From assembly GCF_000002075.1 (NCBI RefSeq), contig NW_004797304.1:975328-1038506 (forward strand): a DNA stretch of 63,179 nucleotides. The letters run 5' to 3'. Below the pieces are notes generated by a model. The model had not been told where the DNA came from. It searched no databases and saw only the letters and a list, made by a program, of their open reading frames with translations. This DNA is from Aplysia californica (taxonomy: Eukaryota). Position numbers and translations under genes: made by a program. Shown here piece by piece: positions 46,855 to 60,902 of the stretch; position 1 is the stretch's first letter, and each line of letters begins with the position of its first letter.

Positions 46855-47864
46855 GGGACCCTTGAGTTTGTTGATTTTGGGTCAGGCTATGTAAATTGAG
46901 ATGTTGGCTGATTTTTGAAGATCAACCAGTTCTTTGTCTAAAAATAGCATTAAACAGTCTTAATTCTCCTCGTAAATTGTCTTTGAAAACATAAGGGAGA
47001 GTTATTATAGTGAATCTTCACAATAATTGTCGTTTTTAGAAAAATGTCATTTTTTTGCAGTTTTTTCCCCCACTCCTTCCTTAATTTTCATCCTTTTGAC
47101 ATGAAACTTTCAGCAAACATAGATGGCAAGGCTGCCATCAATGTAACAGAGAGATATTTGCGAAAAAAAATAACACTTTTCCATTGGCAAGCGATTACGC
47201 AACCTAAATTTAGAAAAGGTTTTTTATACTTTGGGAAAATTCTTTTCTTTTTTCTTTTGCATTTATTGAAAAAAACTCATTGTTACGCTGATAGGGTCTG
47301 GTTCAGGTATACTCTCACCAACTTTGGTAAAATTTGGTCATTAAATAAGAAAGCCTTAAGGATTGGAAATTTATTGTTAATTTTCAGAGAGGGCGGCCGT
47401 TTCCATAGCAACCGCTGTAGCTATGTCAAAATAAATTGCTTATCAAGAGACTTTTGTTTTTGTAGAGGTTTTACGGCGCTCGCCACTGCGCAAGGTCATA
47501 TGAGCGCCATCAAGAGACTTTACTACGCCTAACTTACGTGTGTACTTAGACTTGATTTCAGGTAACAAACATAGATAATGGGCCTCAAGGGTAGCTCCTC
47601 CCGTTAAGCAGATCTCTATAAATCATTAGTGAAAAATTCCCTTAATAAACTGGATAAACGGTGAATCTTTAAAAAAAGAGGCCCCATTGCACCCCAAAAA
47701 AATTATTTTAAAATACTATGACAAGAACAAATTTTACACCAAAATAGCAAAACAATTTTGTTCAGGCTGCATAATTACTTTCCCATAATGGCTATCAACA
47801 ATATCAAGACATGTATGTAAGTCAAGAAACGTAGCAAAAGTAAATGAAAACAAAATAAGGACTC
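46855..47864. mobile_element. Probable Kolobok-like non-autonomous element
   Basis: TTAA on both flanks, purine-purine start, imperfect TIR (GGGACCCTTGAGTTTGTT vs GAGTCCTTATTTTGTT); contains a solo retro-tail at ~47455-47510. Confidence 0.45.
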
Positions 47865-48064
47865 TTAAGGAGGGAGGCAGCAAGAATGAGAAAACACAAC
47901 AAAAAGCTTTTATTTAAATCTTTAAAAAAAATACGATGAGAAAAAAAAGCAAATGGCCCCATATTTTCTTTTTACACAACTGTTCAGGATATGTGATAAT
48001 GAAAAAGGGGGCATAATGCTGTGTCATGCCAGTTATCAGGTACTAATCAATAAACTTGCAAGTT

Positions 48065-48145
48065 CACACACATACACACACAGACACACACACACAAACA
48101 TGTGCACACACACACATACTCAAACACACACACACACAGACACAG
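48065..48145. repeat. Imperfect (CA)n microsatellite
   Basis: Direct reading. Confidence 0.85.
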
Positions 48146-51089
48146 AGTCCTGAATTAGTAAGAAATCAGTACTTCCATTGCACCAGCAAGGACAACCAAA
48201 ACTATGCGCTAGGAACCCCAACTACTTTTTTCATATCCTGTATAAATCGACAGGTTTTTACCCAAAAAAGTTACACAAAATTTATCATAAACAAAAACAG
48301 ATTCAGCCAGGAGGTCAGGCAGCAGAGGAATTACATGTATACAAATTCCATCTCCCTAATTAATTATCTTGGCAGCCTCGAGAACCAGTTGAATACTTAC
48401 CACTGAAGTTGACAACAATACACACACACACACAAAAATAAACAAGAACAAAAAACAAAAAAAACAAAAACAAAAAAGAAAGAAAGAAAGAAAAATATAA
48501 TTTAACAACAGTGTTAATTACCACTGAGGTCAACAGCAACAACACCAACAGCAACACAAGAGCTAAAAGCTTTTTTCCATGAATAATTCAACGAGCAGAT
48601 TTATGACTGACCAGAAATATGCATGAGCTAACAGGTATGGGATGACTCAGAAGTATCACATGGCAGGACATGTACTGGCCACAGGTCATGTGGAGAGATA
48701 CCAAAATGAGCTAGAGTAGTCTCCATTAATTACCACCACCGTACTGTAGTCAGATTTTTACATTGTATGTTGCTATCATCCCCCACTGCTGCGAGGTGCT
48801 CCTTTTACACAAAAAAATGCGTCATATTTTATTTGACAATCATCTTGCTGTCCCAGCATCCTCAACACTATTGTTCCAGTAGAAAAATTGAGTACAACTT
48901 CAGTACAAATTATCCAATCTCAAGTTTGTAGATATTCTCAGTGTATAACGATTATTGACACTAAACCTAAATCAAAATAGAAAGAAATAAGTATTTTCAC
49001 TTGAATTAAATCATTAAAAGAGTCAATTTGACCCAGACTCGCACATACTAGGTTTTTTCATTTGAAGTATAAGTGCAAAAAAACCTCAGTGTTGTCCTGG
49101 TCTTCAGTGAAGCAAAAGTTATGAAATGAGTCACTGTAATGCTGAAATATATACCAAATTAGGTGCCCTTCATCTTTGCAGGCATGATGAATGGCAATAA
49201 TTTTTTATTGAACAAAAGGGAATTAAATATCAAGCTTCGTAAAACATACGGCAGTATAATGGGTAACTGAAAAATACTGATGACCAGTTTCCAAAAGTAT
49301 GTATGTCATGGAGCACTATAAATATATGCAATACTTTGGGTTCAGCACTCTGAAATCACATTAAGGCGTTTACTGAGAGATCAGATGATATCAATTTGTA
49401 AGTCACAGTGAGTAAATAATGTACAAACAAAAACAAAAGAGAGAAGAAAACTGAGAAATACTTTCAGTTTCAGAGACACAGTTAGACATATACACACATT
49501 GATATTGACAGTCAAAGGCTTTTACTTCTTGCTTTCAGAATTTAAGTACGAAGCAACATACCAAAATACCTTCTATCACAATTTAATTCTGGGCATTGTG
49601 AGGAAAAGTTCACGAAAAGAAAACTGACCATATTGGAGAATTGAGAAGTACCATCTCTAAGAATGCTTAAGTTCATTGACAATAGTTTACAACTGACAAT
49701 AACCACATTTTGAGAAAAATTTCAATGGCTTAGAAAAAGATTGATAAACTTACCATACTGCTGTAACTGATCAAGGTGAATTGAGCAAAAGAGAGGGAGG
49801 GAGGGGGGTGGGGGGGACCCCCTATGGACCTGCACCAACATGCTCCCCGTTGCTATATCTAGGTATTTTGTTTGGTCCAAAGTTTCAGAATTTACTTGAT
49901 ACCAATACGAGGTGTACAGATGACTACAATGAAAGAAGGAAAGGGCGACTTTCTCCTTTTGCCAAGTCTGTTGATTCATTTAATCCAGTGTCAATAGATG
50001 CAAGGTTCAGGAAAGGGCCAATGTTGAAAATTTGCTCCTGCCTCCCTGTTGAAAGTTGTTCTTGATTTTTGCACAAAGCAACATCACCATTTGCAGCAGG
50101 AAAACAAAAAGAGCACAACACAAAAACAAAAACAAATTGGAAAAGACAAAATATGTACTAGGCTACAAGCCCTAAAGATAATAAAATATCCCTTGATATG
50201 GCAAAGATATACTTCACAGCCTCGAGGAGAGAAACCATTCATAAATATACTTTTGATAACCAATTCCCTTCTATGAAGGGTTAGCAGAAAATCAAATCAA
50301 ATAATTAACTGATGAATATACGAAACATAAAATCGATGTGGTAGCATACCTTTGAGAACAATAACAAAATAATGATAAAATGTATTATTTTGACAATATG
50401 AAATGAGGTTCTTCAGTTTGGCTAATCTTAGCTATAGCTCACAGCACAACATATTCATTGAATTTCTTTTCTTTGAATTGTAAATTCCTCATTTCAATGG
50501 CCACAAGTTATAGTAATTTCAATACATATGAGCAACTATCTTTGTTTCAGCATCTGTTATAAAACTGCTGACTGAGACATATGTGGCACTCAGTCAATGT
50601 TCCAGGAGACCCCAAAGAGCATGGCAAAAAGAGACAGTGAAGGAATTCAAGAGTAATATGATTTAAGCACAAAGGGGAACGCTTTTCATATGTTACAGGG
50701 TAATCACTACAGCACTGAATCTTTCAGCCAACATGCTTCAATTTTTTCTTAGAAATAAACAACTCTGAATTACTATTAAATAAATACAGTAGTGAACAGT
50801 GTTTGTCTTAGGAATACTTTAAATTTACTTCTGAGATATTAACATTGCACCAACAACAGACTAGACTTAAGAATATGTACAGACATTGTTACAAGCAGCG
50901 ATCTTAATATTGCACCAGTGCCCAATATATACCCCTCTTAATGATAATGAAGAAGATGTAACACCACCATGAAAAAAGAGAGGAAAAAAACACAATTTGG
51001 CAAGAAAATTCCACATTAGCAATATACTGTAACTTAAGAAAGACATGTAGAGCTGTAGAACATAGCACGATGAATAGGGTACTTTACGC

Positions 51090-53356
51090 TCAGCAGCTCA
51101 TTCCCAGCTCATCCACTTCCTTTTCTCTCTCCTTCTCCACATTGTTCTGCTGTGCTTTCAGGTACTCCGTGTACATTTGACGCGCATGGTGCAGCACACG
51201 CTGCGCATTGTGTCGACGCACAAGCCGGTCAAAGTGCATGGCAATCTCCTCGTAACACATGCCATTGCGCACCACTACGTCCCTGTGCATGGTGAGCAGT
51301 GTCAGACACAGGAACATAAGGAAGGGGTTCCCTGAGCCAAACTCCTGCGGGGGAGGAAGACGCGACGGGTCCCTGATCACGGGCTTGGCACTCGGGCTGG
51401 ATGGCGTGGTCTGTGCACTTCCTGTAGAACTCTCCAATGACTCGGTGGCTTCCTGGCATTCTGAGAGGTGCGAATCAGAGTAATTTTTGGCCATGGCTGA
51501 AACGTCCTTATTGCTAGACACACCATGTAGAACAGGAGCTGAGGGTACGTGTTTAGGAGGCATGCCTTTCTTCGGAGACGCCCCAGGAGATGTGGGAACA
51601 TCAGGTGTCGTATGGCTAGTAGACCGGCGTATAGGCGAAGCCAGCAATCGCTTCATGCTTTGAAAAATTCCAGAGTTTGAATCAGAATTATTGGCTACAA
51701 CTGCTTTAGAATTGGCAGGTGCCTCCGCTTTGATGTAGACTACATTACTAGTGGTAGTCTCTGGTGTTGTTGGGACAGAGCTCAGCTCGCTGGACTGGTC
51801 ATCCTGTCCGCAAGTATTCTCCGAATTGTTGCTGTTGGTGTCCAATGACAAAACGAACTGCGCTTGTAGTTCAGAGCCATCAGAAGACTCTGAGACAGCT
51901 GAGCTCACACTCCAAGTGCGCTCCCCATTCGATTTGGTGAAATGGAAGTCCGAGCTCTCTTCTATAGGAATGGAATTACTGGGTATATGCATACTGACAC
52001 CGCCATATTCACTGTCCTCGGGCACTATGGTATCCAAACTGTCAAAGCCATTTTCCTTGGGGCTAGAATCAACTCCACTCCCTGGATTATCAAGATTGTT
52101 CTTTTTCGAATCTGAATCCGTATCACAGCTACTTTGACTTGTTTTATTCTCATTCTCATCATCAGCATCTTCATCATCATCATCACCAAGGCAAGATCCC
52201 TCCTGTAGAACCTGATCAATACTGCTGGATTTCTTCTGCAATGACCTTGTGAGAACGTTATCAACTTCTGGAAAATCTGATCCCTTGTCTTCTATATCTC
52301 CTGGAGACGTGTCAAACGAGGACATGACGCTTGTGTTGTTGGAGCTATCATGACAGCTCTCGAGGCTCAGGTTGTTGTTCGTCGAGGGCCGAGGTGCGTG
52401 AAGGGTAATTGGCTTGGCAGCCTGCGCTACCCGGTGCAGGGCCCCGACCCGCCTCATGGCCAGGAGTTTGGCGTACATGGCTTGTTTGATAGAGAAGGAT
52501 GGGGTGCAAGGTGAGGTGGACAGTAGACGGCATGAGTAGACAGGGTCAACCAATTCTAGCTCCGTTTGGGGTGGGCTGGGTGGCAGCGTCGCCCACATGA
52601 CCTCCAGAACGTACAGTGCATCAGAGAAGGGAAACTCCCGCTTTAGCTCCAAAAGGAACCAGCGGTAACAGAAAAACATATCTCCGGCAGAGTTCTGCTC
52701 TAAATATGCGTGCAGTTGAGGATCGTACATAGCCAGAACCTCAGACAGATGCCGGAACTTGAGCATGATGGCTGTGCCCTCCACCGTAAAGTTCTCCCTC
52801 AGTCGGTTCATCAGAGCGCAGAAGCAGATAGACGCCTGACCCTCATCTTTCTGAGTGACCAACAGTGGTGATGCCAGGTCGCTCATTCCCTGGCAGTAGG
52901 AGACATCCGGGTGCGTCAAGGCATACGTGACCAGCAGGTGGAACAGCGACAGAGTGTTCTCATTATCTTCGTTGTCTTGACTCCCCTTGTAGAAGTCGTG
53001 AGCGCGGTCTGTGCGGAGCACATCCTTCTTCACCATACTAGTCACGTACTTCACCTCCTCCGTAGCCGTATTGCTCTTGAACTTTTCTCTCCACTCCTCT
53101 CGCAGACGCCTGTACTCCTCCCCTTTTCGCTTCATGTATTCGTAACGGTCATTACCCGACATGTTTGCTGGGAAGATGTTGAGCAGATGCCGCCACGCCA
53201 CTCGTCGTAAGGAGGGTTCGATCCCTCCCTGGTAGATGGACAGTCGGAATTCGTTGGGTCTCATCATGAAGCCAGCGCTGTCGAGGTAATTGTGGAACTC
53301 CATGTCAGACATCGGAGGCTTGATGGGTTTGATGTCACTGTCAGATTGCTTGAAGC
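51090..53356 (-). CDS. TBC1D25: TBC1D25 last coding exon, duplicate copy (probably assembly/haplotype duplicate)
   Basis: Nearly identical to 56925-59191 at offset 5835; only a few clustered substitutions. Confidence 0.7.
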
Positions 53357-53782
53357 CTGTCAGAGGTAATCACAACCAACAGTAAAAATGTCCATTAGGG
53401 AAACAAACTTAACAAATGTTATAGCAATGATATCCATCGAGCTGTGTAAACCTCAACACATAAGAACATCTCTCTGAACTGGACACAGTAAATTTTATGA
53501 AATTTTTATAATGGAAAAGTGAAACACTGATTCACAATTCAGGGGTAGTTTTGAATGAAGAAAAAAATCCACTACTACCTTCCCAACTCTTTTACTATTG
53601 ACCCGCCAATGTTCTGACAACTTTGGTATTATTACAATACAAATTTATCACACAATAGAAGACAAATCGATCACATAGAATACCAGAAAAAAACTAAGGT
53701 AAAAAGAAAGAGAAAAATACCAGAGAGAAAGGAAAGTAGATACAGCGAGTGATGAGAGAGAGGACCTACAATAGCCTATTAA

Positions 53783-54259
53783 CTCTTTGGCTACCATGGG
53801 CCGATCCATCGGCTCCATAACTTCCTAGTTCGTGGCATTATCGGCTCGCGCTTTTCTTTCCCTTTCCCTTCCACAATTTGACTCAACCTGTCAGTTTCAT
53901 GTTTTTAACTGCTCTGCTTACCATACATCAGTCAACCGGTGAAGGAATTTGGCGCCTTTTGTGTTTTATTCTGCTGGTTTTTTTGGGCATTTTTGCATGT
54001 TTTTTTTTACCCGCCCTGTGTTGCTCAAATTAGTTTACACGCATAGCAACGGCAAAATGGCTGATAACCCATTAGGTTCCCGCCCGTCACAACGTTTTTA
54101 TGCTTCAAAAGCCCTGGAAAAGTTTGATGGGGAACTGTCAGTACTTTCCGATAGTGATGTAGGAGGGGATGAAGTTAGACCTGAGTCGGACAGCAGCGAC
54201 AGCGATGAGAATGAAGATTCGCAAAGAGGGGCGTGTGTGCAGGTTTTTTTTCTTTTTTT
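53783..54259 (+). mobile_element. Duplicate left half of the piggyBac-like element (cut by gap)
   Basis: Matches 59618-60094. Confidence 0.75.
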
Positions 54260-54359
54260 NNNNNNNNNNNNNNNNNNNNNNNNNNNNNNNNNNNNNNNNN
54301 NNNNNNNNNNNNNNNNNNNNNNNNNNNNNNNNNNNNNNNNNNNNNNNNNNNNNNNNNNN
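54260..54359. other. Assembly gap (100 N)
   Basis: N run. Confidence 1.
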
Positions 54360-56924
54360 GGGTGGGAGAAAAAACAACAACAACAACAACCCAAGAGCTA
54401 AAAGCTTTTTTCCATGAATAATTCAACGAGCAGATTTATGACTGACCAGAAATATGCATGAGCTAACAGGTATGGGATGACTCAGAAGTATCACATGGCA
54501 GGACATGTACTGGCCACAGGTCATGTGGAGAGATACCAAAATGAGCTAGAGTAGTCTCCATTAATTACCACCACCGTACTGTAGTCAGATTTTTACATTG
54601 TATGTTGCTATCATCCCCCACTGCTGCGAGGTGCTCCTTTTACACAAAAAAATGCGTCATATTTTATTTGACAATCATCTTGCTGTCCCAGCATCCTCAA
54701 CACTATTGTTCCAGTAGAAAAATTGAGTACAACTTCAGTACAAATTATCCAATCTCAAGTTTGTAGATATTCTCAGTGTATAACGATTATTGACACTAAA
54801 CCTAAATCAAAATAGAAAGAAATAAGTATTTTCACTTGAATTAAATCATTAAAAGAGTCAATTTGACCCAGACTCGCACATACTAGGTTTTTTCATTTGA
54901 AGTATAAGTGCAAAAAAACCTCAGTGTTGTCCTGGTCTTCAGTGAAGCAAAAGTTATGAAATGAGTCACTGTAATGCTGAAATATATACCAAATTAGGTG
55001 CCCTTCATCTTTGCAGGCATGATGAATGGCAATAATTTTTTATTGAACAAAAGGGAATTAAATATCAAGCTTCGTAAAACATACGGCAGTATAATGGGTA
55101 ACTGAAAAATACTGATGACCAGTTTCCAAAAGTATGTATGTCATGGAGCACTATAAATATATGCAATACTTTGGGTTCAGCACTCTGAAATCACATTAAG
55201 GCGTTTACTGAGAGATCAGATGATATCAATTTGTAAGTCACAGTGAGTAAATAATGTACAAACAAAAACAAAAGAGAGAAGAAAACTGAGAAATACTTTC
55301 AGTTTCAGAGACACAGTTAGACATATACACACATTGATATTGACAGTCAAAGGCTTTTACTTCTTGCTTTCAGAATTTAAGTACGAAGCAACATACCAAA
55401 ATACCTTCTATCACAATTTAATTCTGGGCATTGTGAGGAAAAGTTCACGAAAAGAAAACTGACCATATTGGAGAATTGAGAAGTACCATCTCTAAGAATG
55501 CTTAAGTTCATTGACAATAGTTTACAACTGACAATAACCACATTTTGAGAAAAATTTCAATGGCTTAGAAAAAGATTGATAAACTTACCATACTGCTGTA
55601 ACTGATCAAGGTGAATTGAGCAAAAGAGAGGGAGGGAGGGGGGTGGGGGGGACCCCCTATGGACCTGCACCAACATGCTCCCCGTTGCTATATCTAGGTA
55701 TTTTGTTTGGTCCAAAGTTTCAGAATTTACTTGATACCAATACGAGGTGTACAGATGACTACAATGAAAGAAGGAAAGGGCGACTTTCTCCTTTTGCCAA
55801 GTCTGTTGATTCATTTAATCCAGTGTCAATAGATGCAAGGTTCAGGAAAGGGCCAATGTTGAAAATTTGCTCCTGCCTCCCTGTTGAAAGTTGTTCTTGA
55901 TTTTTGCACAAAGCAACATCACCATTTGCAGCAGGAAAACAAAAAGAGCACAACACAAAAACAAAAACAAATTGGAAAAGACAAAATATGTACTAGGCTA
56001 CAAGCCCTAAAGATAATAAAATATCCCTTGATATGGCAAAGATATACTTCACAGCCTCGAGGAGAGAAACCATTCATAAATATACTTTTGATAACCAATT
56101 CCCTTCTATGAAGGGTTAGCAGAAAATCAAATCAAATAATTAACTGATGAATATACGAAACATAAAATCGATGTGGTAGCATACCTTTGAGAACAATAAC
56201 AAAATAATGATAAAATGTATTATTTTGACAATATGAAATGAGGTTCTTCAGTTTGGCTAATCTTAGCTATAGCTCACAGCACAACATATTCATTGAATTT
56301 CTTTTCTTTGAATTGTAAATTCCTCATTTCAATGGCCACAAGTTATAGTAATTTCAATACATATGAGCAACTATCTTTGTTTCAGCATCTGTTATAAAAC
56401 TGCTGACTGAGACATATGTGGCACTCAGTCAATGTTCCAGGAGACCCCAAAGAGCATGGCAAAAAGAGACAGTGAAGGAATTCAAGAGTAATATGATTTA
56501 AGCACAAAGGGGAACGCTTTTCATATGTTACAGGGTAATCACTACAGCACTGAATCTTTCAGCCAACATGCTTCAATTTTTTCTTAGAAATAAACAACTC
56601 TGAATTACTATTAAATAAATACAGTAGTGAACAGTGTTTGTCTTAGGAATACTTTAAATTTACTTCTGAGATATTAACATTGCACCAACAACAGACTAGA
56701 CTTAAGAATATGTACAGACATTGTTACAAGCAGCGATCTTAATATTGCACCAGTGCCCAATATATACCCCTCTTAATGATAATGAAGAAGATGTAACACC
56801 ACCATGAAAAAAGAGAGGAAAAAAACACAATTTGGCAAGAAAATTCCACATTAGCAATATACTGTAACTTAAGAAAGACATGTAGAGCTGTAGAACATAG
56901 CACGATGAATAGGGTACTTTACGC

Positions 56925-59191
56925 TCAGCAGCTCATTCCCAGCTCATCCACTTCCTTTTCTCTCTCCTTCTCCACATTGTTCTGCTGTGCTTTCAGGTAC
57001 TCCGTGTACATTTGACGCGCATGGTGCAGCACACGCTGCGCATTGTGTCGACGCACAAGCCGGTCAAAGTGCATGGCAATCTCCTCGTAACACATGCCAT
57101 TGCGCACCACTACGTCCCTGTGCATGGTGAGCAGTGTCAGACACAGGAACATAAGGAAGGGGTTCCCTGAGCCAAACTCCTGCGGGGGAGGAAGACGCGA
57201 CGGGTCCCTGATCACGGGCTTGGCACTCGGGCTGGATGGCGTGGTCTGTGCACTTCCTGTAGAACTCTCCAATGACTCGGTGGCTTCCTGGCATTCTGAG
57301 AGGTGCGAATCAGAGTAATTTTTGGCCATGGCTGAAACGTCCTTATTGCTAGACACACCATGTAGAACAGGAGCTGAGGGTACGTGTTTAGGAGGCATGC
57401 CTTTCTTCGGAGACGCCCCAGGAGATGTGGGAACATCAGGTGTCGTATGGCTAGTAGACCGGCGTATAGGCGAAGCCAGCAATCGCTTCATGCTTTGAAA
57501 AATTCCAGAGTTTGAATCAGAATTATTGGCTACAACTGCTTTAGAATTGGCAGGTGCCTCCGCTTTGATGTAGACTACATTACTAGTGGTAGTCTCTGGT
57601 GTTGTTGGGACAGAGCTCAGCTCGCTGGACTGGTCATCCTGTCCGCAAGTATTCTCCGAATTGTTGCTGTTGGTGTCCAATGACAAAACGAACTGCGCTT
57701 GTAGTTCAGAGCCATCAGAAGACTCTGAGACAGCTGAGCTCACACTCCAAGTGCGCTCCCCATTCGATTTGGTGAAATGGAAGTCCGAGCTCTCTTCTAT
57801 AGGAATGGAATTACTGGGTATATGCATACTGACACCGCCATATTCACTGTCCTCGGGCACTATGGTATCCAAACTGTCAAAGCCATTTTCCTTGGGGCTA
57901 GAATCAACTCCACTCCCTGGATTATCAAGATTGTTCTTTTTCGAATCTGAATCCGTATCACAGCTACTTTGACTTGTTTTATTCTCATTCTCATCATCAG
58001 CATCTTCATCATCATCATCACCAAGGCAAGATCCCTCCTGTAGAACCTGATCAATACTGCTGGATTTCTTCTGCAATGACCTTGTGAGAACGTTATCAAC
58101 TTCTGGAAAATCTGATCCCTTGTCTTCTATATCTCCTGGAGACGTGTCAAACGAGGACATGACGCTTGTGTTGTTGGAGCTATCATGACAGCTCTCGAGG
58201 CTCAGGTTGTTGTTCGTCGAGGGCCGAGGTGCGTGAAGGGTAATTGGCTTGGCAGCCTGCGCTACCCGGTGCAGGGCCCCGACCCGCCTCATGGCCAGGA
58301 GTTTGGCGTACATGGCTTGTTGGATAGAGAAGGAAGGGGAGCAAGGTGAGCTGGACAGTAGCCGGCATGTGTAGTCAGGGTCAACCAATTCTAGCTCCGT
58401 TTGGGGTGGGCTGGGTGGCAGCGTCGCCCACATGACCTCCAGAACGTACAGTGCATCAGAGAAGGGAAACTCCCGCTTTAGCTCCAAAAGGAACCAGCGG
58501 TAACAGAAAAACATATCTCCGGCAGAGTTCTGCTCTAAATATGCGTGCAGTTGAGGATCGTACATAGCCAGAACCTCAGACAGATGCCGGAACTTGAGCA
58601 TGATGGCTGTGCCCTCCACCGTAAAGTTCTCCCTCAGTCGGTTCATCAGAGCGCAGAAGCAGATGTACGCCTGACCCTCATCTTTCTGAGTGACCAACAG
58701 TGGTGATGCCAGGTCGCTCATTCCCTGGCAGTAGGAGACATCCGGGTGCGTCAAGGCATACGTGACCAGCAGGTGGAACAGCGACAGAGTGTTCTCATTA
58801 TCTTCGTTGTCTTGACTCCCCTTGTAGAAGTCGTGAGCGCGGTCTGTGCGGAGCACATCCTTCTTCACCATACTAGTCACGTACTTCACCTCCTCCGTAG
58901 CCGTATTGCTCTTGAACTTTTCTCTCCACTCCTCTCGCAGACGCCTGTACTCCTCCCCTTTTCGCTTCATGTATTCGTAACGGTCATTACCCGACATGTT
59001 TGCTGGGAAGATGTTGAGCAGATGCCGCCACGCCACTCGTCGTAAGGAGGGTTCGATCCCTCCCTGGTAGATGGACAGTCGGAATTCGTTGGGTCTCATC
59101 ATGAAGCCAGCGCTGTCGAGGTAATTGTGGAACTCCATGTCAGACATCGGAGGCTTGATGGGTTTGATGTCACTGTCAGATTGCTTGAAGC
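56925..59191 (-). CDS. TBC1D25: TBC1D25 last coding exon (copy contiguous with upstream exon)
   Basis: Acceptor ACCTCTGACAG at 59192; open frame to TGA at 56925. Confidence 0.92.
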
Positions 59192-60825
59192 CTGTCAGAG
59201 GTAATCACAAACAAAAGTTATAATCTCCAGTAGGGAAACAAACTTAACAAATGTTATAGCAATGATATCCATCGAGCTGTGTAAACCTCAACACATAAGA
59301 ACATCTCTCTGAACTGGACACAGTAAATTTTATGAAATTTTTATAATGGAAAAGTGAAACACTGATTCACAATTCAGGGGTAGTTTTGAATGAAGAAAAA
59401 AATCCACTACTACCTTCCCAACTCTTTTACTATTGACCCGCCAATGTTCTGACAACTTTGGTATTATTACAATACAAATTTATCACACAATAGAAGACAA
59501 ATCGATCACATAGAATACCAGAAAAAAACTAAGGTAAAAAGAAAGAGAAAAATACCAGTGAGAAAGGGAAGTAAATATAGGGAATGATGGTAGAGAGGAC
59601 CTACAATAGCCTATTAACTCTTTGGCTACCATGGGCCGATCCATCGGCTCCATAACTTCCTAGTTCGTGGCATTATCGGCTCGCGCTTTTCTTTCCCTTT
59701 CCCTTCCACAATTTGACTCAACCTGTCAGTTTCATGTTTTTAACTGCTCTGCTTACCATACATCAGTCAACCGGTGAAGGAATTTGGCGCCTTTTGTGTT
59801 TTATTCTGCTGGTTTTTTTGGGCATTTTTGCATGTTTTTTTTTACCCGCCCTGTGTTGCTCAAATTAGTTTACACGCATAGCAACGGCAAAATGGCTGAT
59901 AACCCATTAGGTTCCCGCCCGTCACAACGTTTTTATGCTTCAAAAGCCCTGGAAAAGTTTGATGGGGAACTGTCAGTACTTTCCGATAGTGATGTAGGAG
60001 GGGATGAAGTTAGACCTGAGTCGGACAGCAGCGACAGCGATGAGAATGAAGATTCGCAAAGAGGGGCGTGTGTGCAGGTTTTTTTTCTTTTTTTCATTGT
60101 GAGTGATTTCACCAAAAGTGCGACAACTTTGTATATACTTGACCATTGTGCATGAAACTTGGCCCAGTTAGAGACAACTGGATATACTTCAGTATGACCA
60201 AGTCATGAAGTGATTGGATTTAGCAGCTATACATTGTGAGAAATGTAAGTTGGAAAAATTTTGTTTATTTTTTTTTTCTTCACCTTGTGTTCACTTACCT
60301 CCCATGTTTGTTTGGATTTATGATTTTTTCAATTTTTTTTATTCGGTTAAAAATATTCTACATTCAATTACCTTCATTTTGGTATATAATATGTCTGACT
60401 TCCAGATGGAATTATGCCCATCAGACACAAAAGAAGAACAGGGGTACTTCTGAAATTCTAAGATTAAGAAATGCCTTGGTCACAGCGCGGAAAACGCCTT
60501 GGCAGCCAAAGAGTTAAAAATAGTCACCTCTACTGTTTTAAGTTAATAGAATGCATTAATCTTTTGGTTTGTTAGAGTAGAGTGAAGCACTTCAACACTT
60601 TAATGGTCATTTAATGCTTGGAAAAAGCACAATGATAAACAGAAAACAACAGAAGGAAAAAGCATGAACAATAAACAGAAAACAACAGAAGGAAAAAGCA
60701 TGAATGATACACAGACAATAACAGAAGGAAAGAAAAGAAGTAGGACATACCAGTGGCACCCTCTAACCAACCACACAATTTTGAAAATAAGTTAGTTTAA
60801 GAACGAACGAGAGGGGAAAAAGTAC

Positions 60826-60902
<77 letters not shown>

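Larger units (their letters stand above)
48556..60094. repeat. ~5.7-kb near-identical direct duplication (48556-54259 = 54391-60094) flanking a 100-N gap
   Basis: Identical ORF series at a constant offset of 5835; the first copy ends exactly at the gap and the second starts ~30 bp after it. Confidence 0.95.

Noticed and set aside
40500-48500. Additional protein-coding gene between MBD4 and TBC1D25
   Set aside because: Only short, compositionally non-coding ORFs; AT-rich sequence consistent with long 3' UTR or intergenic DNA
51090-53356. Second TBC1D25 paralog or a hypervariable (DGR-like) diversification system
   Set aside because: Copy boundaries match the assembly gap, no upstream exons accompany it, no reverse transcriptase is present, and the changes are not adenine-specific
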